A DNA stretch of 64,000 bases from Octopus vulgaris (taxonomy: Eukaryota): the NCBI GenBank assembly GCA_951406725.2, contig OX597814.1:123504001-123568000 (forward strand). Direction: 5' to 3'. Of this stretch, positions 53,214 through 64,000 are shown piece after piece; within the stretch, counting starts at the first letter, position 1; each line of letters begins with the position of its first letter. A program made the translations under genes and the position numbers. The notes under the pieces were generated by a model, which saw only the letters and a program-made list of their open reading frames with translations, made no database searches and had not been told where the DNA came from.

Positions 53214-55053
53214 TGCATGCAAGATTCGCTACAGAACTGATATAATAAGGAGCACAGTAAACACTGATGTCAAAAACTAAAGAACATTCACCTGCAAGCT
53301 TATTAGCATAGCTAATAGCAAAACACAACCAAATACTGGCTACCAAAGGAGTCAAATCCAACAGTGGATAGGAGGAGCACACAGACGTTTTCATATCCCC
53401 ATAAGGCATTCAAAATGAGAATGGAACTAGATGAGAATAATTATTGAAGTGGTCATAAAAACACTATAATGGTTACAGATTCAGTAATTATTACTGTTGT
53501 AAGGAAAGCAGATTAATTAGGTTGTGTACATGATAGCTAAGCAATTATTCATAAAATATATTTCCTCTGTTAACTGTTTAACCAGGTAAACTGGTGAGAT
53601 AAATAGAAAATTTTATATCAAACTAGACAACATAACTGGGAGCATAACTTTTGGTTTCAAATTTTGGTACATGGCTAGTAATTTCAGGAGAATAGGGATA
53701 GTCAATTCTAGTGCTCAACTAGGTGAAAGCCAAAGTGGAATTTGAACTCAGAATGTAAATCCAGACTAAATACTGCTGAGCATTTTGCGTGGCATGCTAA
53801 AAATTTCGCAAGCTTGCTGCCTTAGGAAATATAGATATTTGTTTCAAATTTTGGCTCAAGGCCAGCAATTTTGGGGAAGGGGATAAGTCAATTGCAGCTA
53901 CCCCAGTGCTCAACCGGTACTTATTTTATCGATCCCAAAAGGATGAAAGGCAAGGTTGACCTCAGCAGAATTTGAACTCAGAATGTAAAAATGGATGAAA
54001 TGCCACTAAGCAATTTGTCTGACATGCTAATGATTCTGCTAGCTTGCCACCTAAAAGAAGTGCCTTCTTCAAGAACACAACGCTTTGCCTGGTTCAGGAA
54101 TCAAACGCAAGTCCTTATAATCATAATCCTAACACCATACTCTCTTGGCTGCACATGTTCATGTAAGAAGTATAAATATTACTTAACTAATGTGCTGCTG
54201 TTATTTGTTGGGTATCTAGGACCACATTATCTAATTTGCAATTTCTGTTTTTTGAGATGAAATTTTACTGCTATTTTTATATATTGAATAACCACATTGT
54301 GAAGGCTGGTGTTTCAGACCAGACTGTCCAATAAGTCATGTATGTTAGGTTGCATGACAGGCAGCATCTTGTCAGTCATCTAGTCCCACTTCTGATAAAC
54401 TGGTGCTTTAAAAAAAATCTCAAAGGTTAATTACTTAGGGGTGCCATTCACCTGAAAGACAATAGTGAAATTAACGTTAATATATTTAATGTGGTAAGCG
54501 CAAAAAATCTAATGAAAATGTGTATGGTGAGAAAAGGATATTTGCAAAATTTTAACAATGATTAAAATAATATTAATCATTGAGATAATGTCTTTTTCCT
54601 TACTAATTAGATTTTTAATGCTACTTATATTAAATATAATTAACACTAACTTTCTATAAATAGTTACCATTGGAAAATATAAAGCCAAGTCAATTGGCAT
54701 AGTCATTAGGACATCAGATAAAATTCATTGCAATATTTGTTGCGGCTCTAAGGCAGCAGGCTGGCAGAAACATTAGCATGCCTGGCGAAATGCTTAGCAG
54801 CATTTTGTCTGTCTTTACGTTCTGAGTTCAAATTGTGCCACGGTCAACTTTGCATTTCAACCTTTTGGAGTCAATAAATTAAGTACCAGTTGTATACTAG
54901 GGTCAATCTAATCGACTGGCCCCTCCTCCAAAATTTCTGGCCTTGTGCCTAGAGTAGAAAAGAATATTTGTTGGGGCTCTGTGTCGTGAGTAAAAATCCT
55001 GCCATGGTCATCTTTGCTATTCATCCTTTCTGCAGTCAATAAAGTACTGGTAC

Positions 55054-55141
<88 letters not shown>

Positions 55142-56343
55142 TGCTGACAGATCCTGGTTGTTCTGTGAGGTCAAAGGTGGGAGAATCAAGAGGAAATGTG
55201 TCTGTTCACAGTTCCATTGACACCCAATACCTATTTCTTTACTACCCACAAGGGGCTAAGCACAGAGAGGACAAACAAACGGATTAAGTCGATTATATCG
55301 ACCCAGTGCGTAACTGGTACTTAATTTATTGACCCCGAAAGGATGAAAGGCAAAGTCGACCTCGGCGGAATTTGAACTCAGAATGTAACAGCAGATGAAA
55401 TACAGGTATGCATTTTGCCCGGCGTGCTATCATTTCTGCCAGCTTGCCGCCTTTAACATCCAATACCATTAACAAACACATGCCACATGCTTATATTAAG
55501 TCATCGACAATGAGCAACTGCCATAGGCATAGTTCTGTGGTAAAATGTTTGCTTCCCAACCACTTGGTTCCAGGTTCAGTCCCACAACATAGTACCTTAG
55601 GTTCCAGTTTGCACCAGGTTCCAGTCCGTTTCAATTTGGTTTCTACAGCAAGATGCCCTTCCTAACACCAACCACTTTATAGACTGTACCAAGTGCTTTT
55701 TATGTGGCATCAGTACCTGTGCTTTTTACATGGCACCATGGTTTTAGGATACTAATTCTGTTGTGGAGGATGAGCATTCTTGAGTACAACAATGCACCCT
55801 ATATCTTGGTTATATAAGATATTCAGAGGATGAATGGCAATGCAAAATGATCTTCATAGGCTGCTGAGATTGATGTTGTTTGAGCATCTGCTGGAAAAAT
55901 GGTTGAAGAAAGTGTTTATTGTAGGATCTTCAAGATGAAGGTGATGGAAGGAGACGTGGGTGAGCTTAGGTGAAAGAAATATTTAAACAGACACTCATAT
56001 GCACACACACACACACACACACATACATACATGATGGTCTAACTGTGGATATACTCTTTTACTTGTTTCAGTCATTTGACGGTGGCCATGCTGGAGCACC
56101 GCCTTTAGTCAAGCAAATCGCCCCCAGGACTTATTCTTTGTAAGCCTAGTACTTGTTCTGTCGGTCTCTTTTGCCGAACCGCTAAGTTACGAGGACGTAA
56201 GCACACCAGCATCAGTTGTCAAGCGATGTTGGGGGGACAAACATATACACACACATACATACATACATACATACATACATACATACATACATACATACAT
56301 ACATACATACATACATACATACATACATACATACATACATACA

Positions 56344-56409
<66 letters not shown>

Positions 56410-56687
56410 AATGTAATATGTGACAATTATTTGGTAGCCATAATAAAACACCGAATGGTGAGAGTGAGGATGTGTATGTTTTCAAGTGAGGGTGAATGAA
56501 TGTATACTTTTAGGCACACGCACGTAGGTGTGCGGGCGCACATGTATAGGTATGAACATGCACGCTTACATGAGTACTATGAACTTTTTACCCCCTTACT
56601 TTTACTCCCTCCTCTCACTTAGCGGTCATTCAAATAGCTCTTTTGTCTTGATAATGGTAATTTTTCATAGCGTTTTTCCGATGGCTG

Positions 56688-56748
56688 GATAACTGAAGAG
56701 ATGGCAGCGTTGATTTCCACCTCGACATCCGAAACTCGGAGTTTTATC
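56688..56748 (+). ncRNA. Type-I hammerhead motif in PLE pseudo-LTR
   Basis: gataa-CTGAAGA-gatg...catc-c-GAAA-ctcggag-TT-ttatc. Stem I gataa/ttatc; near-palindromic stem III. Inverted partial copy at about 56407-56453. Confidence 0.7.
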
Positions 56749-56852
56749 ATGGCTACTGAATAATTGTCACATATTACATTTACAGATAAATTCCTCTATT
56801 TACATAATATTGAGGTCTCTTTCTTTCTTTTGTTGTCTTACCATTTTTACCA

Positions 56853-56886
<34 letters not shown>

Positions 56887-57100
56887 CCGGTGGCACGTAA
56901 AAAGCACCCAGTACACTCGCGGAGTGGTTGGCATTAGGAAGGGCATCCAGGCTTCAAGATTGAAGCCTGGTGCAGCCATCTGGTTCGCCAGCCCTCAGTC
57001 AAATTGTCCAACCCATGCTAGCATGGAAAGCGGACGTTAAACAATGGTGATGATGATATTTATATATAATCAGAATAAGCAACAAGGATATCCAGAGGTA

Positions 57101-57190
57101 ATGAAGTACGATCGTTTCATGCAACTCCATTTAATTGAACAATGCAAATATTACATCAGTTTTAAAATGTAGAGCAATCTTCAGCTGCAT
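57101..57190 (-). ncRNA. Type-I hammerhead motif at the 5' side of a PLE, inverted
   Basis: Minus strand augcag-CUGAAGA-uugc...gcau-GAAA-cgaucg-UA-cuucau. Perfect palindrome ACGAUCGU in stem III. Confidence 0.7.
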
Positions 57191-57819
57191 AAAAATATGC
57201 ATAAGTTATGGTTTTGACTATTAGTTTCTAGTTTTTTATTTCTATCATTTGATAGAAATAAAAATAATAATTATATGAATGGAAATAAAAATAATAATAA
57301 TATTTCTACTAGAAAATAATATTATTGAAATTGATGAGGTACATGATATAAATGATATTAGGACCAATAATATAAATGTTACTGAATACAGTTCCAGTAC
57401 ATATGTGCACATAGATACTATTTGTATACCTGATGGTAATACGATAAACTTATATGATAAAAGAGTAGAGAAAAAATTAGAAACTAATAGTCAAAACCAT
57501 AACTTACCTACTAATAATATAATTATAGATAAAAATGATACTATTAGTGTTAATAATGGTTTAAATAATAAAAGCAACTTGTTTCCAAATAATACTAACA
57601 TCAAAAATCATTCCCCTAGTTGTAATTGTAGAACCAAGTCCCACTGTCCGGTATCTGGTCGGTGTATGGTCCAAAACGTAGTATATAAATGTACAGTAAT
57701 AACTTCAACTAATAACTTTATTTACTTCGGTTGCACAATAGATCTGAAGAAACGTATAAACAATCACAATTCATCTTTTAGCCTTAAACATAAGGCAAGT
57801 TGCACAACATCATCTAATA

Positions 57820-58214
57820 GGTGCAGGAGTGGCTGTGTGGTAAGTAGCTTGCTAACCAACCACATGGTTCCGGGTTTAGTCCCACTGCGTGGCATCTTGG
57901 GCAAGTGTCTTCTGCTATAGCCCCAGGCCGACCAATGCCTTGTGAGTGGATTTGGTAGATGGAAACTGAAAGAAGTCTGTCGTATATATGTACATATATA
58001 AGTGTATGTGTTTGTGTGTCTGTGTTTGTTCCCCTAGCATTGCTTGACAACTGATGCTGGTGTGTTTACGTCCCCGTCACTTAGCGGTTCGGCAAAAGAG
58101 ACCGATAGAATAAGTACTGGGCTTACAAAGAATAAGTCCCGGGGTCGATTTGCTCGACTAAAGGCGGTGCTCCAGCATGGCCGCAGTCAAATGACTGAAA
58201 CAAGTAAAAGAGAG
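57820..58214 (+). mobile_element. SINE family B inserted in the PLE endonuclease
   Basis: Near-identical to 45367-45760; target-site duplication taata on both sides. Confidence 0.9.
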
Positions 58215-60311
58215 TAATAAAATTTGGGAGCTAAAATAAAATAAAATTGGATTTAGCCTTAAATAGGACATAGTAAGAAAGGCACAGCCTTATAAAACTA
58301 GTAGAGATGGATGTGAGCTTTGCTCTACTTCATTTTCATTACTTTTTATTTCATCTAGTTTCAGCTCACGAGCTATGGCCATGCTGGGGCACTACCATAT
58401 ATGAAATTTTGAAACATAGGGATAATGTATACTTATTAAATAACCGTTTTTAACTAGGAGTATCATGTATACATTGTACAACCTGTACCTTTAAATATTT
58501 TTAAAAATAGCATTCTGTTATTCCTAAATTTTAGATCTTAATGTTTTTTTTTTTTAAATCAATAAGGAAATAGCATACCCTGCTACTTTTTATTATTTAA
58601 TCAGCAATAGTTATTAAGAAATTCAATAACATAAACAAATTAAAGTAAAATAGTAAAAACTTTTTTAATTTTCTAAAATTATTACATAAATTCTATATAT
58701 CTAATGAAGTTATTAAGTTGTATACTTACTCCACAATAAGTTTTAAAGATTTGGTAAATTTCATATCTATTTCTGTGAGAATTCTACTCCACCTAATCCT
58801 TTTCAATATTATAAATATCACCTCTAATAAGCCTAAATTATTATACCCCATATAATTACACTTCACTCTTAATACAAAATATAAGATTTCCATATAAATT
58901 AAATAATTCTATTTTCATTTTTTTTAAATTTACATTTTGGTTACCTCCCTTCCATTGTATTTTTAAGATTTTGGTATGTGAGTCAAATTAATGCCTTATT
59001 TACTGAGAATCTCCTCATAAAAAGATCTTCTAAATCTCCTTAATTAATATTCAAAACCTGATCATCAATCATCATCGTTTAACGTCTGCTTTCCATGCTA
59101 GCATGGGTTAGACGATTTTGACTGAGGGCTGGCGAACCAGACGGCCACACCAGGCTCCAATCTTGATCTGACAGAGTTTCTACAGCTGGATGTCCTTCCT
59201 AATGCCAACCACTCCGAGAGTGTAGTGGGTGCTTTTTATGTGCCACTGGCATGGGGCCAGTCAGGCGGTACTGGCAATGACCTTGCTCGAATCTTTTTAT
59301 ACATGCCACCTGCACAGGTGCCAGTAAGGCGACGTTGGTAACGATCACGCTCAAATGGTGCCCTTTTACGTGCCACTGGCACAGAAGTCAGTTGGTTGCT
59401 CTAGCAATTATCTGATAAAAATAGATAATAATATCTAAGTTATTTGATTTCTATTTCTCTAAAACAACTCTACCCTCATGATCTTTGTATGTATTAGAAA
59501 GCTTTATAAATGGATTATAAATAAGTAAATAACATTTTATAAGTACCAATTAATAATTATAAATTTATCATATAAGGAATAATAATAGCATTTTCTTAAA
59601 TCTATAAGAGAACCCAAAATTTTATATAAGTTTTATTAATAATATAACTTTTGCCCAATAACTTGATCATTTCTTTACCTGGTATTAAACACTAGTTATT
59701 TATGGTAATTCTCATGATAAGTAAATATAAATTTTAGTCTAAAAATTATAGAATTATAAGAAAATTTCTTCTAACAACTTACCTCACGTATTAATATAAA
59801 TGAGTTAGGTATATATTATAAGTTTTTAGAGCACAAATCTGATCTACTCCTTGTCTATAATATTCTACAGGAATTTATATTTATTTTTCATTATACCCAT
59901 TCACATTTCTTTATTTTAATTTTAAAACATTTTTTCTTACTTATTTACCCGCTATATCATTTTATTTATAATATATTTCTATAAATTTCATACTCAACCT
60001 ATACAGAACCATACTGATATATTTCGCTATTTATTTTATAATACAAGAAATATGTTCAAAATGCTTAGCAGTATTTCGTCTGTCTTTATGTTCTGAGTTC
60101 AAATTCTGCCGAGGTCAACTTTGCCTTTCACCTTTTCAGGGTCAATAAATTAAGTGCCAGTTGTGTACTGGGGTTGATCTAATTGACTGGCCTCCACCCC
60201 AGAAATTTCAGGCCTTGTGCCTAGTGTAGAAAAGATTATATTATTCTTATAATTTATATCTTTATTGATGGGGATTTTGAAATTAGTGGTTTCTATGTAT
60301 GTCATCTGTTC

Positions 60312-60747
60312 TAGGCTCCGACGTCTGGCAGCTGACTTGGCAGACACCCATAAAATTATTAACCATCTTACAAACAATAACTCTGAGCATCTTTTCAAAC
60401 TCCATCTGTCTATCACCCGTGGACATGTTTACAAAGTCAGAAAACAGCACAGCTCCCGTGACTTTCGGAAACATTTTTTCACACTAAGAGTTACTGAAGC
60501 ATGGAACAGACTGCCAGCATCAGTTGTTAGTTGTCGGATTTCAAAACTTTCATGCTTCCTGAGATTCAGCAACACTACACCTGATTTTCTTCCCTCCATA
60601 CACACACAAGCATGTATCTGGCTCATACACTGTTCGCTTTCCAGACATTTGTACATTACTGCATATGCTTTATACACACTTTTGACAAGTTGTGGTGTAC
60701 CTGAGCACTGTATACAATAATTTCATTATTATTATTATTATTATTAT
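60312..60747 (+). mobile_element. CR1-type LINE 3' end, same family as 14030-14487
   Basis: LRRLAADL..TRGHVYKVRKQ..FFTLRVTEAWNRLPASVV, shared gtacctgagcactgta end and (ATT)n tail. Confidence 0.88.
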
Positions 60748-63279
60748 TTCATCTGTAAGATCACATTGAAGAATATTGTTGATGTTCTTATTAGCTGTTA
60801 AGTTGAATGTTCTGATTCATATATTTTTGATTAGTCGATTGGGAAGTCTATTAGTTCTTTCTGACATAATGCAATAAAGCGTTCCCTCAATGATCCTTTG
60901 TGGTTCAGCATCCAGTTGCACTTGGAACATCCAATACAGAGATCCAAATTACTAATGTTGAAATGTATGTTGGGAAAAGTGATATAAATTTGCGTTTATC
61001 ATAATTTCTCGCGTGTGTGTGTGCATATGCATACATTTGTGTATATGTGTAGGTGTGTGTGTCTGTGTGTCAATGTGCTCATGTTTATCCCTTTGCTCTG
61101 CCCAGCAACCTGTGTTGGTTTGTTTACGTCTTCATTGCATAATAACTTAGAAGTTCACAAAAACAACAAAAACAAACAAACAATAGAACAAGCATCAGGC
61201 TTAAAAAGTAAGCACTGATTTCTTTAACCTTAAGACCTTCAAGGCTGTAACTCAGCATGGCCACAGTCCAGTGACTGAAATAAGTAGAAGATAAAAGATG
61301 AAATGGTTTGTGTTATTTCATCTTCATCATTTAACGTCCGTTTTCCATGCTGGCATGGGTTGGACAGATCAACCGGGGTCTGGGAAGCCAGGAGGCTGCA
61401 CCAGGCTCCAGTCTGATCTGGCAGTGTTTCTACAGCTGGATGCCCTTCCTAATGTCAACCACTCCGTGAGTGTAGTGGGTGCTTTTTATGTGCCACCAGC
61501 ACAGGAGCCAGAGGAGGCTGGCAACGGCCATACTTCATTGGTGCTTTTTATGTGCTGCTGGTACAACTACAATTTCCATTTGATTTTTATTTTGATGACC
61601 AGTAATAAAAAGGAGTGGAACAGACTTTTATAGGACTAACAGACCAGATAGCATTAGTTCCACTGGACTTTGTCCATTTAGACATATGGGAGAGAACATG
61701 TCGATGTTGCCTAGCTCAAAGGTCAACCCTGATTAATCATCAACATTGTAACATTTGTTGTTCAACACTTAGATGCGTCTGACAGAATTTGTTGAGGTAT
61801 CTTTTCTATGGCCAGATACTCTTCCTGTCACCAACCCTCACTTATTTCCAAAACAAGGTGATATTTTCCCATGGCCATACATGTTTTCAAGGGTGATTGT
61901 TAAGAAATGACCGCTTGTATGATGGTGACACTAATTTACAACCATCAAATCATATCAGAACAAGGAGGCACAAACACACACACAAACACACACATACAAA
62001 CACACACATACACACACACACACACACATGTAAGAGACTTCTTTCAGCTTTCGTCTACTAAATCCACTCACAAGTCTGTAATTGGCTGAGGCTAATAGTA
62101 GAAGACACTTACCCAAGATGCTATGCAGTGAGATTGAACCAAGAACCATGTGGTTGTGATGCAAACTTCTTAACCACACAGCTAATAATCAAAATATGGG
62201 TGTTCTATTCATGACTATCCCATGTTTTCATCCAAAATTACATTTAGGGCCATGTTATCCTATCTTTCTTAAGACTGTAGGTTATAGAGGGAGATTCAAC
62301 TTCTATTTCTGGCAGGTTGAACAGATGTGTAGCAGTTGGAACATAGGCCTAGAACACACTTATAGTGAATCATCATTGTGTTAATGTCCACTTGTCCATG
62401 CTTGTACTGGTCTGACAGAATTTTTTGAGGCAGACTTTCTACCGCCAGATACCCTTCCTGCTGCCAACCAAGGTAATACACCCATATGGCCACACAGGTT
62501 TTCACAAAATATTGGAAAGGAATAATATTTATTTACAACAATCATACAACATCAAGTCAAGGAGACACAGACATGTGCATGTGTGTATATAATATATATC
62601 ATCATCATCATCATTGTTTAATGTCCGCTTTCCCTGCTGGCATGGGTTGAACGGTTTGACTGAGGACTGGTGAGCCAGATGGCTGCACTAGGCTCCAATC
62701 TGATCTGGCAGACTTTCTACAGCTGGATGCCCTTCCTAACACCAACCACTCTGAGAGTTTAGTGGGTGCTTTTACGTGCCACCGGCATGAGGGCCAGTCA
62801 GGCAGTACTGGCAACAGCCATGCTCAAAGTGTTTTTTATGTGGCACCTGCACAGGAGCCAGTCCAGCAGCACTGGCAACGACCTCACTCGAATGTTTTTC
62901 CTGTGCCACCGGCACAATTGCCAGTAAGGCGATGCTGGTAACGATCACACTCAAATGGTGCTTTTTATGTGCCACCAACACAGAGCCAGTCAGTGGGCCT
63001 GGCAATGATCATGCTCGGATGGTGCTCTTAGCACTCCACTAGCACAGATGCCAGTCATGCGGTGCTGTCATCGAATTTGATGTCGATTTCACTTGCCTCA
63101 ACAGGTCTTTGCAAGCAGGGTTTAGTGTCCAATGAAGGAAAGGTACACATAAGTGGGCTGGTTATAGCACTGGCATAGGCCATGGGTTGTGGTCTCACTT
63201 GGTTTGCCGGGTCTTCTCAAGCACAGCATATTTCCAAAGGTCTCGGTCACTAGTCATTGCCTGAGTGAGGCAAAGGGTG

Positions 63280-63690
63280 CATAAGATATTTTAGGACATA
63301 CCATTTTTGGGTCATTGCTGCATTTTTTGTGAACTCTGATAATCTTTGTTTCCAAAAATAATAATGGCAGACCCTCAGCTTATTCAAGAAAGGAAGAGGC
63401 ATGCTGTTATTGTGGTTGTAAAGGCTGAGCATAGCAATTTAGAAATATCTCGATTTTTAAAAGTTGTCAGATCTTTCATCTACAAAGTTTGTAAGGAGCT
63501 ATGAGACTGAAGATGGAAGCGTATCACCAGTATCAAAGCATAAAAAGCATTCTAAATGCTCTGAAATCATCAGAACACCTGAATTTATCCAACAAATTTG
63601 ACAGACCATTGATTACAATCCCAGAAAGTAAGTCCATGAGATCAGTTGCAAAAGATCTTCATGTGTCAAAAGGAACAGTCTGGTGTGCTA
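63280..63690 (+). mobile_element. Tc1/mariner-superfamily transposase fragment
   Basis: IRTPEFIQQI*QTIDYNPRK followed by SMRSVAKDLHVSKGTV (helix-turn-helix region). Confidence 0.65.
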
Positions 63691-64000
63691 AGGATTTTGC
63701 CAACTTGCCTTTATACACACACACACACACAACATCACAACATTTCTGTCTACCAAATCTACTCATAAAGCTTTAATTGGTATGGGGCTATAGTAGAAGA
63801 CACTTGCCCAAGGTGCCAGACTGTGAGAGTGAACCCGAAAGCCATGTGGTTGGGAAGCAAATTTCTCAACCACACTCCCACAGATGCACTTATATGTTGA
63901 AAATGTTAATTATCCTGCATCTGTATGCTGAAAGTATTATCTTGAACATTGAAGCTATTAACTGACCTCAACCCAAATGATGTTAATTTGGTCTTAATCA

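Larger units (their letters stand above)
57058..58505 (+). mobile_element. Penelope-like element with GIY-YIG endonuclease, interrupted by SINEs
   Basis: CNCRTKSHCPVSGRCMVQNVVYKC...YFGCTIDLKKRINNHNSSF. Resumes after the SINE as NKIWELK*..IVRKAQPY..CELC, then YEIL..LLNNRF*LGVSCIH. Confidence 0.88.

Overview
AT-rich, microsatellite-dense eukaryotic DNA. The SINE, RTE-tail and MITE repertoire resembles an octopus/coleoid genome (recognised from memory, not searched). The window holds the 5' half of an SREBP gene on the minus strand: six coding exons (50536-50425, 18075-17294, 14896/14899-14549, 11736-11434, 10732-10618, 5165-4995) with consistent splice phases. They encode the acidic activation domain, a 63-Gln tract, a Gln-rich exon, the Tyr-type bHLH-Zip and the Fbw7 phosphodegron. 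I found no transmembrane or C-terminal exons; they probably lie beyond position 1. The rest is intron or upstream DNA full of tRNA-derived SINEs, RTE and CR1 LINE pieces, piggyBac/hAT/Tc1-mariner derivatives and Penelope-like element (PLE) remnants. Main observations: (1) about 14 complete, decayed or half minimal type-I hammerhead ribozyme motifs with palindromic stem III, some in inverted pairs and two with intact cores sense to the SREBP pre-mRNA; (2) two SREs plus NF-Y and Sp1 sites clustered in intron 1, suggesting autoregulation or an SREBP-1c-like alternative promoter; (3) a GIY-YIG PLE with no visible RT; (4) a PHD finger inside an RTE ORF. Ribozyme folds were paired by eye and repeat boundaries are approximate.
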